From contig CAZBMV010000001.1 of assembly GCA_964493145.1 (NCBI GenBank), forward strand, positions 54,623 to 118,622: a DNA stretch of 64,000 nucleotides, given 5' to 3'. Both the position numbers and the translations under genes were made by a program. The DNA is from an uncultured Candidatus Saccharibacteria bacterium. Its GTDB lineage: Bacteria > Patescibacteriota > Minisyncoccia > Phycocordibacterales > UBA918. The notes under the pieces are model-generated. The model was not told the DNA's origin. It searched no databases and saw nothing but the letters and a program-made list of their open reading frames with translations. Positions 29,147 to 38,995 of the stretch are shown piece after piece; positions within the stretch are counted from its first letter, which is position 1, and each line of letters begins with the position of its first letter.

Positions 29147-29174
29147 ATTGTAGCATACCGACATTTTTTGTCAA
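29147..29174 (-). promoter_or_regulatory. Sigma70-type promoter
   Basis: TTGACA-16 nt-TACAAT with TG extended -10 on the minus strand. Confidence 0.65.
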
Positions 29175-29205
29175 TCCCCTCCCTTTAGGGGGTTTTTCGG
29201 ATACA

Positions 29206-30198
29206 ATGGTGACTATGAGCGACCAAAAAACTTCATACGAACGTGATACCGCTGGAAATCTTGATCAAACACTTCGTCCGCACACCTGGGATGAGTACGT
29301 CGGACAAGCAAAAACGAAGGAGAACCTGCGCATTCTCCTTACCGCGGCACGTGAGCGCGGTCATGCGGCCGAGCACATTCTTCTCTACGGTCCACCGGGG
29401 CTTGGAAAGACGACGCTCGCCCATCTCATTTCACGAACACTCGGAACGAACATGCGCACAACTTCCGGTCCCGCGATTGAGCGCGTTGGTGATCTCGCCG
29501 CAATTCTCACAAACCTCTCTCCCGGTGACGTACTCTTTATTGATGAAATACACCGACTCAGTAAATCAATTGAGGAGGTGCTCTACCCCGCAATGGAATC
29601 CGGTGTTTTGGATATCATCATCGGCAAGGGACCTTCGGCACGCACGGTGCAACTGGATCTCCCTCCATTCACGCTCGTTGCGGCGACGACGCGAATTTCG
29701 CTCATTTCTTCGCCTCTTCGTTCACGTTTTTCTGGAGGAACGTTTCGCTTGGAGTTTTATTCCGATGACGAAATCGCGCGCATTCTCAAACGTTCAGCGG
29801 AACTCCTCAACGTTCGCGTTGCAGATCCTCTTCTCCTCCACATCGCGAGACGCTGTCGGGCAACACCGCGTACGGCAAACTATCTTTTGAAACGGTGCCG
29901 CGACCTCGCGCAACTTGAAACGTGTGATGTAAATGACGCTATCATTGAAAAAACGTTTGACCTTCTTGAGATTGATTCGCTCGGACTCACGAAGCAAGAC
30001 CGATCCCTCCTCTCACTCCTCATCACAAAGTTTGGTGGAGGTCCTGTAGGGCTCAACACTATGGCGGCGGCGACGGGAGAAGAGATGGCGACAATAGAAG
30101 ACGTTTTTGAGCCATACCTCATTCGGCAGGGACTCATAGAACGAACACCTCGTGGTCGTGTTGCGACAACTGTCGCGTACGAACACATAGAAAAATAG
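29206..30198 (+). CDS. ruvB: Holliday junction branch migration helicase RuvB
   Basis: LRP, GPPGLGKTT, FIDEIHRL, LYPAME, RTPRGR. Confidence 0.97.
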   Translation: MVTMSDQKTSYERDTAGNLDQTLRPHTWDEYVGQAKTKENLRILLTAARERGHAAEHILLYGPPGLGKTTLAHLISRTLGTNMRTTSGPAIERVGDLAAILTNLSPGDVLFIDEIHRLSKSIEEVLYPAMESGVLDIIIGKGPSARTVQLDLPPFTLVAATTRISLISSPLRSRFSGGTFRLEFYSDDEIARILKRSAELLNVRVADPLLLHIARRCRATPRTANYLLKRCRDLAQLETCDVNDAIIEKTFDLLEIDSLGLTKQDRSLLSLLITKFGGGPVGLNTMAAATGEEMATIEDVFEPYLIRQGLIERTPRGRVATTVAYEHIEK

Positions 30199-30290
30199 TG
30201 TTTGAACGTTAAAAAGTGCGTATAATACTTAGGACCTACCTCACTCTGTGTGGTTCAATGTGAAATGGGTTCTAACAACATATATTCCGT

Positions 30291-30836
30291 ATGAGTGGAC
30301 ACAATAAGTGGAGCAAAATTAAGCACAAAAAAGCCGCGAGCGACGCTCAAAAGAGTAAGGTTTTTTCAAAGCATGCAAGTCTTATCGCAATGGAATCACG
30401 AAAGGCGCGGGGTGACGTAGGTGCCCCGGGTCTCATCGCCGCAATTGAGCGTGCGAAAAAAGATTCAATGCCAAAGGAAAACATTGACCGCGCAGTTTCC
30501 AAAGGAGCTGGTGCCGACGGTGCGTCATTCACTGAGGTGGTGTACGAAATGTATGGCCCGGGAGGAACCGCGATGATTGTTACCGCGGTTACCGACAACC
30601 CAAACAGAACCACCCCGGAAATTAAACACCTCCTCACAAAAAACGGATACCAGCTCGGTGGGAGTGGGTCATCTCTGTGGGCGTTTACAAAAACCGCTGA
30701 TGGGTATGTCCCCAACACCCCAATGACACTCTCTGACGAAGATGGCGAAAAACTCGCAAGTCTTATTGAGGCGCTGGAGACACATGACGACGTGCAAGAT
30801 ATTTTCACCACAGCGGACGACCCAAGTGGTGAATAA
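30291..30836 (+). CDS. yebC: YebC/PmpR family protein
   Basis: MSGHNKWSKIKHKK, MPKENIDRA, YGPGG, TDNPNRT, DDVQDIF. Confidence 0.93.
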   Translation: MSGHNKWSKIKHKKAASDAQKSKVFSKHASLIAMESRKARGDVGAPGLIAAIERAKKDSMPKENIDRAVSKGAGADGASFTEVVYEMYGPGGTAMIVTAVTDNPNRTTPEIKHLLTKNGYQLGGSGSSLWAFTKTADGYVPNTPMTLSDEDGEKLASLIEALETHDDVQDIFTTADDPSGE

Positions 30837-30840
30837 GGGT

Positions 30841-31317
30841 ATGAAAGTTCTCGCCTTTGATCCGGGGTATGATCGTTTAGGAGTCGCGGTACTTGAGCGA
30901 GATGCAGGAAAGGAAAAACTTCTCTTTTCCGAGTGTTTGGAAACCGACAGGAACACCTCTCTCTCTGAACGCTTGTTCCGTGTGGGGCAACATGTTGAGT
31001 TCCTTCTCAAAGAACACGCCCCGACCATCGTTGCACTGGAAACGCTCTTCTTTAATAAAAATGTAAAGACGGCAATTGGTGTTGCCGAGGTACGGGGTAT
31101 TATCCTTTTCCTCGCGCAGAGCGCTGGGTGTTCTGTTGCGGAGTTTGGTCCGCAAGAAATAAAAGTTGCGGTGACCGGCTACGGAAACAGTGATAAGACC
31201 GCTGTTTTCACCATGGTGAAGCGCCTCGTCGGCGGAGTGCCTGAGGGCGCATTGGACGACGAATACGACGCAATTGCGGTGGGTATTACGGCCCTCGCGC
31301 ACAAAAAACATTTGTAA
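30841..31317 (+). CDS. ruvC: Crossover junction endodeoxyribonuclease RuvC
   Basis: FDPGYDRLG, ETLFFNKN, EVRG, KVAVTGYG, DDEYDAIAV. Confidence 0.94.
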   Translation: MKVLAFDPGYDRLGVAVLERDAGKEKLLFSECLETDRNTSLSERLFRVGQHVEFLLKEHAPTIVALETLFFNKNVKTAIGVAEVRGIILFLAQSAGCSVAEFGPQEIKVAVTGYGNSDKTAVFTMVKRLVGGVPEGALDDEYDAIAVGITALAHKKHL

Positions 31318-31349
31318 AAACATTCGCCTGCAATACCTCATGAAGCCTG

Positions 31350-31530
31350 TGGGGTACTCTGGACGAACTGGTAAAAGTCCGCTCCTCCATCCTCCGAGCT
31401 AACGCCCAGGGTATTACGCGGGAGGAATCGGGGATTTTTTCTCGCAGAAGAAATGGCTCTGCCGTTGCTACATTACAGGTTCATTCATCCCCGCCCTGAC
31501 AGGTGGACGAACGAGTAAACAGCATCCCCA
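31350..31530. ncRNA. Candidate structured RNA (~180 nt)
   Basis: Ends pair (TGGGGTACT / AGCATCCCCA); internal stems CGGGGAT/ATCCCCG, TCCTCC/GGAGGA, GCAGA/TCTGC. Confidence 0.35.
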
Positions 31531-31606
31531 TTTCACCCTGTTGCAGAATGGGCAAAGTTTTGATACAAAAGACCCTAATAAAAAGTTAAGTAAAAAATTG
31601 AATCAT

Positions 31607-31912
31607 ATGATCCTTTTTGTCGCCACCAATTATGCAGCCCGTCATGATGATGAGGAAGAAAATGAAAATGAAGACGAGGTGGAAACTGCGGATATTGATG
31701 ATGAGCTTTTGAGTGAACTTGCTGATGATGAAATAGGTGATGATCTTCTTGATGAAGAAATTGATCCTCTCCTTAAGGAAAGTGAGTTCCCACCCAACGA
31801 AGAAACGCCGGAGGGTGTTGTTGATGACGAAGCGAAGCCGTTTGTTGACGATGAAGAAGACGATGAGGAAGATATGGACTATGATTCGTTTGACGACCAC
31901 GACGAACTATAA
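31607..31912 (+). CDS. Small, extremely acidic hypothetical protein
   Basis: 101 aa dominated by D/E runs. Confidence 0.6.
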   Translation: MILFVATNYAARHDDEEENENEDEVETADIDDELLSELADDEIGDDLLDEEIDPLLKESEFPPNEETPEGVVDDEAKPFVDDEEDDEEDMDYDSFDDHDEL

Positions 31913-32031
31913 ACTTTTTAAAACAATCTCATACTTTGTTGTCCTTCAATCGGAAACGCTCATCGTATATTGAATACGCCTCGCATTTCCTCATTCGGAC
32001 GCCTCGTCTGAACTTGTTTTGAAAAAGTTTA
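31910..32031. mobile_element. MITE-like element, copy 2
   Basis: TIR TAAACTTTTTAAAACAA / TTGTTTTGAAAAAGTTTA; core CTCATCGTATATTGAATACGCCTCG identical to copy 3. Confidence 0.65.
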
Positions 32032-32049
32032 ATAAACCTTTTCAAGGAA

Positions 32050-32084
32050 ACAAAACCGCCGGCATGAAGTGCCGGCGGTTTTGT
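32050..32084. terminator. Terminator hairpin after tyrS
   Basis: ACAAAACCGCCGGCA-TGAAG-TGCCGGCGGTTTTGT. Confidence 0.7.
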
Positions 32085-32098
32085 GTACCCCCTCTCTC

Positions 32099-33283
32099 TT
32101 ATGGGAGCAGTCGCACAAACCTGCGCTTGCCGATTTTGAGCGTGCGCGGTGTCTCAACTCGTTCCGGAATTGTTTCAAGTTTTTCTCCTGTCTCCGCGTC
32201 GCGTACCCCGCCCGCATCAAGGAGTCGTCTGAGTTCTGTTTTTGAAGAAACTATTCCCTCCTTAAGAATTGTCTCAACGTACCCTCCGGCGATCTCAAGA
32301 ACGTCTTCGGGGACACCGTGGTTTTGAAATGTTTCAATAAATGTTTGCTCTGCCTCGTGTGCCGCTGTGTCTCCGTGATACATTCGTGTAATTTCTCGTG
32401 CGAGCTTCATCTTGATGTCACGAGGGTTTGTGTTGCCGGATGAGAGCGCGTCTCGTATTTCCAAAACTTCTGCCATAGGGAGTCGTGTGCACATCGTAAA
32501 GTATTCGTTTATGTTTGCATCGCTCATGCTCATAACCTTCCCGTACATATCATTGGGAGGCATGGTGAGCGTTATGGTGTTCCCCCAACTTGAGCTCATT
32601 TTGCGTCCGTCCGTTCCTTGAATGATTGGCGTCATGAGAATGTCTTGCGCTTCTTGCCCAAAGTGCGGTTGCAGTACACGCCCCGCGAGCATATTGAAGC
32701 GTTGGTCCGTGCCACCGAGTTCAACGTCTGCGTGAATTGCGACGCTATCGTACCCCTGCATGAGTGGGTAGAGTGTTTCGCGAAGCGACACGCGCTTCCC
32801 CGCATCCAACCGTCGCCTTATGTTGTCTCTCGCAATGAAGTCCGAGACGGAGAAGAGGTCTGCGTGCTCGCCGATTTCCCGATACGTGAGTTTTTCAAGC
32901 CACTCTGAATTGTAGCGAAACTCCACCGCACCAATATCAAGTATTTTCCCAACCTGCTCATAGTACGTTTTTTTATTCTCTTCCACGATGTCCCGCGTGA
33001 GCATTGGGCGCTCGCTATCCTTGTCGGACGTGTCGCCAATGAGTCCTGTGAAGTCACCGACAATGAGAACGATTTGGTGCCCAAGTTCCTGAAAATCACG
33101 AAGTTTAAGGAGGGGGATAGATCGTCCGAGGTGGAGACTCGCGCTCGTTGGGTCAATCCCAAGTTTGACGCGAAGTTGTTTCCCTGAGAGCAATTTTTTC
33201 TTTAGGCTGTCTTTATGGATGACTTCATCAACTCCGCGTGTAAGGAGTTCGTCTATTTTTTGTTCGTGTGTATCAACGCCCAT
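32099..33283 (-). CDS. tyrS: Tyrosine--tRNA ligase
   Basis: GIDPTSASLHLG, YPLMQGYDS, GGTDQRFN, KMSSS, KIGKRRF. Confidence 0.96.
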   Translation of the reverse strand: MGVDTHEQKIDELLTRGVDEVIHKDSLKKKLLSGKQLRVKLGIDPTSASLHLGRSIPLLKLRDFQELGHQIVLIVGDFTGLIGDTSDKDSERPMLTRDIVEENKKTYYEQVGKILDIGAVEFRYNSEWLEKLTYREIGEHADLFSVSDFIARDNIRRRLDAGKRVSLRETLYPLMQGYDSVAIHADVELGGTDQRFNMLAGRVLQPHFGQEAQDILMTPIIQGTDGRKMSSSWGNTITLTMPPNDMYGKVMSMSDANINEYFTMCTRLPMAEVLEIRDALSSGNTNPRDIKMKLAREITRMYHGDTAAHEAEQTFIETFQNHGVPEDVLEIAGGYVETILKEGIVSSKTELRRLLDAGGVRDAETGEKLETIPERVETPRTLKIGKRRFVRLLP

Positions 33284-33386
33284 AGTATGCATACTGTACC
33301 ACATTCAATATTTTTTTGGAAAAAACCGAATTGTGTAGCCACCCTTTGCTGTTTATCAATGTGCCATACAGTGCTACTATGGGCAC

Positions 33387-35573
33387 ATGACAACGATACG
33401 AACGTGGGTGCGCGCACACACGCGAGAACTCTTGGTAGATGTGTGCATTGGCGTATTCGTCCTTGGTCTCATTGGAGCGGGGGTGCTTCTCATCTGGGTA
33501 GCGACACTGGACATTCCCGACCTTTCTTCGTTTGAGGAGCGTCGCATCCAACAATCAACAAAAATTTACGATCGCACGGGAGAAATTCTCCTTTACGACC
33601 TCCACCAGGATGTCCGTAGAACGGTCGTTCCCTATGAAGAAATATCGCGCCATATAAAAAATGCGACCGTTGCAATTGAAGATGACACGTTCTTTGAGCA
33701 TCAGGGCGTTCGGCCTCTCGCCATTCTTCGTGCCGCATACGACAACCTTATTGGTGGCAATCTTCTCGGTGGGCGCGGCGGATCAACGATAACCCAGCAG
33801 GTCATTAAGAACTCTGTGCTTGCGCGAGAAAAAACACTCACGAGAAAAATCAAAGAAATGATTCTCGCGTTTCGCCTTGAGCAGGTGCTCACAAAAGAAG
33901 AGATTCTCTCCCACTACCTCAATGAGTCTCCGTACGGCGGGACCATTTATGGAGTAGAGGAGGCGAGTCTCTCGTTTTTTGGAAAGCCGGCATCTGATGT
34001 GACGCTCGCGGAAGCCGCCTACCTTGCCTCGCTCCCACAACTCCCAACGTACTACTCTCCGTACGGAAGTCACATTGATGATTTGGAAAAACGAAAAAAT
34101 CTCGTGCTCCAAAAAATGTTAGAACATGGTTTTATCTCGCAAGAAGAGTATGACGGAGCGATGGGGGAACGAGTTGAATTCAAACCGCAGGTGGCAACCG
34201 GAATTCGTGCGCCGCATTTTGTTTTTTATATCCGAGACTACCTCATAGAAAAGTACGGGGAGGAATCTCTCGCGGAGCGTGGTCTCAAGGTTATCACAAC
34301 GCTTGATTGGGAGTTGCAGGAAAAGGCGGAAGAGATTGTGAAAGAAAAGGCGCTTTTTAACGCAAAAACATACAATGCGGAAAACGCGTCCCTTGTTGCC
34401 GCCGACCCAACAAATGGCGATATTCTGGTTATGGTTGGGTCGCGCGACTACTTTGATACGGAGATAGACGGTAACTACAACATCGCCCTCGCAGAACGTC
34501 AGCCTGGGTCGTCCTTCAAGCCGTTTGTGTACGCAGCCGCGTTTAAAAAAGGATACACCCCCGACACGGTCGTGTTTGATCTAAAAACACAATTTTCAAC
34601 CGCGTGCGCTCCGGACAACTTTACCTCTGTAGACAACTGCTATTCTCCTGAAAACTACGATCACAAATTCCGTGGTCCGGTTTCCTTCAGAAACGCGTTG
34701 GCGCAATCTCTCAACATTCCGGCAGTGAAGGTGCTTTACCTTGCGGGCATTCCTGAGTCCATCAAACTCGCACGGTCACTCGGCATCACGACGCTCATTG
34801 ATCCAAACAAGTACGGGCTCACGCTCGTCCTCGGTGGTGGTGAGGTACGACTCCTTGAAATGGTGGGGGCGTATGGAACATTCGCAAATGAGGGGGTGCG
34901 CAACGAGTTGCGCGGTGTATTACGAATTGAGGATGCGAGTGGTGTCGCACTTGAAGAAACGACACCTGAACCGAAGCATGTGCTTGATAGGAACATTACC
35001 CTTCAAATTTCCGACATTCTTTCTGACAATACTGCACGCACGCCACTCTTTGGTGCAAATTCTCCCCTCTATTTTCCCGGCCGTGATGTCGCGGCAAAAA
35101 CGGGTACTACAAACGATAAGCGAGATGCGTGGGTAGTGGGGTACACTCCAAACCTCGTTGTGGGCGCGTGGGCTGGAAATAATGACAATAGATCAATGAG
35201 TGAGATCTCCGGACTAATCATCACACCATTGTGGCGAGCGTTCATGGATGTGGCACTCCAAAAAATAGAGCCTCGTACGTTTGCCGAGCCACCACAAACA
35301 CCAAACACCATTAAGCCGATTCTCCAGGGGGTGTGGTTTGATCCCCTCTCTCTCATTCCCAACGACGGGGAGGAAGGTGTTCCGCTCAATATTGAAAATG
35401 CTGTTGCGGGGGCACACTCAATTTTATATTTTGTTGATAAAGATAATCCGCTCGGACCGCAACCAACTAACCAGACAGACCCTCAGTTTCCCTTATGGGA
35501 ATACCCGGTGTCTCTATGGAAGAGCTCTCTCATGGGTGTGCCGGGTGTAGATGGAAGTGGGGAAAACGATTAG
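33387..35573 (+). CDS. Class A penicillin-binding protein (PBP1A family)
   Basis: Transglycosylase EDDTFFEH and GGSTITQQ; transpeptidase SSFK, SLN, KTGT. Confidence 0.95.
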   Translation: MTTIRTWVRAHTRELLVDVCIGVFVLGLIGAGVLLIWVATLDIPDLSSFEERRIQQSTKIYDRTGEILLYDLHQDVRRTVVPYEEISRHIKNATVAIEDDTFFEHQGVRPLAILRAAYDNLIGGNLLGGRGGSTITQQVIKNSVLAREKTLTRKIKEMILAFRLEQVLTKEEILSHYLNESPYGGTIYGVEEASLSFFGKPASDVTLAEAAYLASLPQLPTYYSPYGSHIDDLEKRKNLVLQKMLEHGFISQEEYDGAMGERVEFKPQVATGIRAPHFVFYIRDYLIEKYGEESLAERGLKVITTLDWELQEKAEEIVKEKALFNAKTYNAENASLVAADPTNGDILVMVGSRDYFDTEIDGNYNIALAERQPGSSFKPFVYAAAFKKGYTPDTVVFDLKTQFSTACAPDNFTSVDNCYSPENYDHKFRGPVSFRNALAQSLNIPAVKVLYLAGIPESIKLARSLGITTLIDPNKYGLTLVLGGGEVRLLEMVGAYGTFANEGVRNELRGVLRIEDASGVALEETTPEPKHVLDRNITLQISDILSDNTARTPLFGANSPLYFPGRDVAAKTGTTNDKRDAWVVGYTPNLVVGAWAGNNDNRSMSEISGLIITPLWRAFMDVALQKIEPRTFAEPPQTPNTIKPILQGVWFDPLSLIPNDGEEGVPLNIENAVAGAHSILYFVDKDNPLGPQPTNQTDPQFPLWEYPVSLWKSSLMGVPGVDGSGEND

Positions 35574-35578
35574 AAAGA

Positions 35579-35872
35579 TTATATAATCTCTTTTGGTGCA
35601 CTCTTCTTTCCCAACCGCTCTTCTAGTTTGGTGATGATTTTCTTCTTATAAAGAATGATCTCTGTTTTTAACATCCCTGATGTGTGTATAGAAAGTGTTT
35701 TTGTGGTTGTGTTGTATGTACACACTTCTTTTTTTACAGTGAGGTTGAGTGTTTCTTCCACAATAGAAATAAATGTTTGTATAATCGCTCCTTGTGGGGC
35801 CCTAAGAGAATCGGTATATTTTTTAAAAAGGTTAGAAACATGAATAATTCCTTTCCCTCGCTTCTTTTCCAT
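35579..35872 (-). CDS. Small basic protein, possibly DciA/DUF721-like helicase loader
   Basis: Immediately downstream of dnaN; TLSIHTSGMLKTEIILYKKKII resembles the DciA pattern. Confidence 0.5.
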   Translation of the reverse strand: MEKKRGKGIIHVSNLFKKYTDSLRAPQGAIIQTFISIVEETLNLTVKKEVCTYNTTTKTLSIHTSGMLKTEIILYKKKIITKLEERLGKKSAPKEII

Positions 35873-35873
35873 A

Positions 35874-36965
35874 CTATTTGTTCATTGGCATGACGAGATA
35901 CCTAAGTGAATTATCATGTACTCCTTCAATAACCATTGGCCGTCCAAACCCGGCACATTTAAGGATAATGCTCTCGCTCTGTATGTGGGGGAGTGCCTCA
36001 CTAATGTACCGTTGATTGAAGTTAAGGGTTATATCCTCTCCCTCCACAGTCGCTTGGATTGATTCTGTTGTTGCGCCCGCCTCCCCGCTCTGTGCTGAGA
36101 GGGTAAATGTACCACCGGAAATTGTAATGGTGAGCTGAAGAAATTTATTGAGGAAAATGTTTGTTTTCTTTAGTGCTTGTGAAAGGTTGTTTGTGAGGAG
36201 GGTTGTGTTTGTTTTGTACTCTTTAGGAATAATTTGTGTGTAGTCTGGAAACGAGCCGGTGATGAGACGAGAGGTGATGTAGATATTATCAACAGAGAGA
36301 GCGCATTGGTTTTCTGTAATAAAAATTTGTACATCTCCCTGCACCTCTTCAACAACACGCGCGAGCTCAAGTGCGTTTTTATATGGAATTAGAATTGGTT
36401 CCTCAAGGGTAATGTTCTTTTGTGGAATTGTTTTCTCCATTAACCTAAAAGAGTCTGTTGCCACAAATGTGAGGGTATGCTCTTTTTTTTGGTGAATATA
36501 AATACTTCCTAATTCAGGCTTAATTGATGATTGGGACGCGGTAAACGCTGTTGTTTTTATTCCCAGGGCAAAAAGAGATCCTTGGATGGTGTGTGGGGTG
36601 CTCTGTATGTGTGGAATTGTTGGAAAATCCTCAATTGGAATACTTTTAATTTCTGTTCGCGACGCTTTTGATTCAACAACCAACACATCTCCTTCTTTAT
36701 AGAGGGTAACTGTTGGTTGTGTAATAAGATTTATTGTTTGTACAAGAATGTTTGCTGGAACGGCGATACTACCATCCTCTTGTTGTGTCACGTCAACATA
36801 CCCCTCAATTCCAATTTCAAGATTTGTTGCCTTAATGGTGAGTTTTGTGTTTTTTACCTCAAGGAGTACACATTGGAGTATGGGGAGAGTTATGTGTTTT
36901 GTGCATACTTTAGAAACACTCTCAAGTGTTTGTTTAAATTTTTTTATATCAAGTGAGATGTGCAT
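35874..36965 (-). CDS. dnaN: DNA polymerase III beta clamp
   Basis: ATNLEIGI, VATDSFRL, SRLITGSFPDY, YLVMPM. Confidence 0.96.
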   Translation of the reverse strand: MHISLDIKKFKQTLESVSKVCTKHITLPILQCVLLEVKNTKLTIKATNLEIGIEGYVDVTQQEDGSIAVPANILVQTINLITQPTVTLYKEGDVLVVESKASRTEIKSIPIEDFPTIPHIQSTPHTIQGSLFALGIKTTAFTASQSSIKPELGSIYIHQKKEHTLTFVATDSFRLMEKTIPQKNITLEEPILIPYKNALELARVVEEVQGDVQIFITENQCALSVDNIYITSRLITGSFPDYTQIIPKEYKTNTTLLTNNLSQALKKTNIFLNKFLQLTITISGGTFTLSAQSGEAGATTESIQATVEGEDITLNFNQRYISEALPHIQSESIILKCAGFGRPMVIEGVHDNSLRYLVMPMNK

Positions 36966-37244
36966 ATGTGTGTTTTTCTTTTTTTAAAACCGGACTACGT
37001 TTTACTATTATGTATGTGAATGTGTTGATAGTGCGATAAAAGTACGTAATTGTAGTATTTTTTGTAATATTTTTTTGTATAATTCTGTGTATAGGGTGGT
37101 TATTTTTTCACATAAATATATTTTCTATGTGAATATCTTTTACATTAAAAAATAACGATACTTTTTTTCATACCTATACACACAGTACGATAATACTTTT
37201 CCTATTTTATAAAGAACTTTTCAACACACTTCCCCACCACCCAT
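36966..37244. other. Probable replication origin oriC (dnaA-dnaN spacer)
   Basis: Very AT-rich spacer with several degenerate DnaA-box-like 9-mers (TTTTCAACA, CTATACACA, TTCCCCACC); more lie upstream of dnaA at 38650-38750. Confidence 0.7.
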
Positions 37245-38624
37245 CTACTTGAGAAGTAAACGAATTTGAGAAATTTCTTCCTCTAACTCCGTACTCTCTT
37301 TCACCTCATGTTTTATTTTTTCACACGAGTGGATGACGGTGGTGTGGTCACGACCCCCCAACTTTTGCCCAATTGCCGGGTATGAAACTTGAAAATCCTC
37401 TCGGAGGATGTACATGATAAGTTGACGTGGCTTCACAACCTCCTTCCTACGCGTCTTTTCGTAAATACTTGCAGGATCAATGTCATAAAATCGTGCAATT
37501 TTATCCACCACATCAGAAACCGCAAGTGATTTGCGTGGGCGGGTACTGTTTTTTATAAGTACCTTCACCTCATCAAGCGAGAGCGCTCGTCCGAGGAGTT
37601 GTGATTGGCATAAAATGGTATTGAGTGCACCCTCCAACTCACGAACGTTTCCCTCTATGGTCTGTGAGAGGTGTTCAACCACATCCTCACCGAGGACGAG
37701 ACTATTTTGCGCCGCTTTTGATTTGAGAATGGCGCCCCGCGATTCAAAGTCAGGTTCAGGAATATCAACAATCATTCCCTGTGAAAAACGGGAACGGAGA
37801 CGTTCTTCCATATTTGACATGAGTGCCGGGTGAACATCACTTGAGAAGACAATCTGCTTGTTATTGTCATGCATGGCGTTGAAGAGGTGGAAGAGTTCTT
37901 CCTGCGTCTTCTCCTTATTCATAAGAAACTGCACATCGTCCATAATGAGAACGTCATACTGGCGGTACTTGTCCTTAAAATTATTTGCCGTTCCGTTCTG
38001 AAGTGAATTCATGTAGTCAACGGTAAAACGCTCACTTGTGACGTAGTACACCTTCTTCCCCGCCCGCTTCAATTGATTTCCGACAGCCTGAATGAGGTGT
38101 GTTTTTCCATGTCCCGTTTTCCCGTACACAAAGAGTGGGTTGTACGCAATGCCGGGTTTGTTTACGACCGTTCGTGCCGCAGCATGCGCGAGCTCGTTAA
38201 ACGGACCAACGACAAAATTATCAAACACATACTTCGGGTTAAGATTGTCACTCTTATTTATGTAGTACTCCTCAAGAGGAAGCGCGGCATTCACCGTTTG
38301 CTTTCGTGAAGATTCGTGTCGCTTGTCGTTTCGTTGCACAACAATATACTCTATGCTCCGCGCATAAGGAGTGAGGTCGCGAAGTGTTTTTAAAATCAAC
38401 GTCTGAAATTTATCCGCAACCCAGTCACGAACAAAAACACTTGGAACACCAAGCGTTACCGTCCCGTCTTCAAGTGAAACAATGTGTGTATCACGGAACC
38501 ACGTTTTAAAATTTGCGGAGGTTATGGAGAGTTCTATATTGACGAGCGCATCATCCCACAATTTCTTCACATCAATCTGTTCCGTCTGAATAATGTTGGT
38601 AGAGATGTTTGAAATAGAACTCAT
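37245..38624 (-). CDS. dnaA: Chromosomal replication initiator DnaA
   Basis: YNPLFVYGKTGHGKTHL, DDVQFL, QEELFHLFN, NVRELEGAL, GGRDHTTVIH. Confidence 0.98.
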   Translation of the reverse strand: MSSISNISTNIIQTEQIDVKKLWDDALVNIELSITSANFKTWFRDTHIVSLEDGTVTLGVPSVFVRDWVADKFQTLILKTLRDLTPYARSIEYIVVQRNDKRHESSRKQTVNAALPLEEYYINKSDNLNPKYVFDNFVVGPFNELAHAAARTVVNKPGIAYNPLFVYGKTGHGKTHLIQAVGNQLKRAGKKVYYVTSERFTVDYMNSLQNGTANNFKDKYRQYDVLIMDDVQFLMNKEKTQEELFHLFNAMHDNNKQIVFSSDVHPALMSNMEERLRSRFSQGMIVDIPEPDFESRGAILKSKAAQNSLVLGEDVVEHLSQTIEGNVRELEGALNTILCQSQLLGRALSLDEVKVLIKNSTRPRKSLAVSDVVDKIARFYDIDPASIYEKTRRKEVVKPRQLIMYILREDFQVSYPAIGQKLGGRDHTTVIHSCEKIKHEVKESTELEEEISQIRLLLK

Positions 38625-38842
38625 AGAAGACGTGTTAAATGACAGAGAGAATTATACCCACCTGTGGAGAAGTGTAAATACGTGAGAAAAAACGGCGCAT
38701 TTAATATCGTGTGTGTACAGGGGATGTGCACAACGTGTGGAGAGAACTGTATACGCAAAGAGTCAATACCACAGACCAAAGCGAAGGTCCCCGCTGTTGA
38801 TTAAATGTGTTTTTTGGTGTAGAGTGTCACGCACATAATCAT

Positions 38843-38980
38843 ATGCCAAAAAGAACGTATCAACCAAAGAAGCGAAAGCGAGCGACAACGCACGGTTTCC
38901 TCGTTCGTGCAAAATCAAGCACAGGCGCAAACGTATTAAAAGCACGCCGACGAAAAGGACGTGCAAAATTAAGCGTTTAA
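38843..38980 (+). CDS. rpmH: 50S ribosomal protein L34
   Basis: Manual translation [22 protein letters not shown]...[11 protein letters not shown] (below the ORF-track cutoff). Confidence 0.96.
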   Translation: MPKRTYQPKKRKRATTHGFLVRAKSSTGANVLKARRRKGRAKLSV

Positions 38981-38995
38981 GATACACTTGTAGAG

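Noticed and set aside
31350-31530. RNase P RNA or tmRNA
   Set aside because: Only a partial AAAGTCCG resemblance; no CR-V (ACAGAA...GGCTTA) on the same strand and no tRNA-like T-arm/CCA end.
35579-37244. Horizontally acquired island suggested by AT-richness
   Set aside because: It contains dnaN and the dnaA-dnaN spacer; the composition is explained by the origin region.
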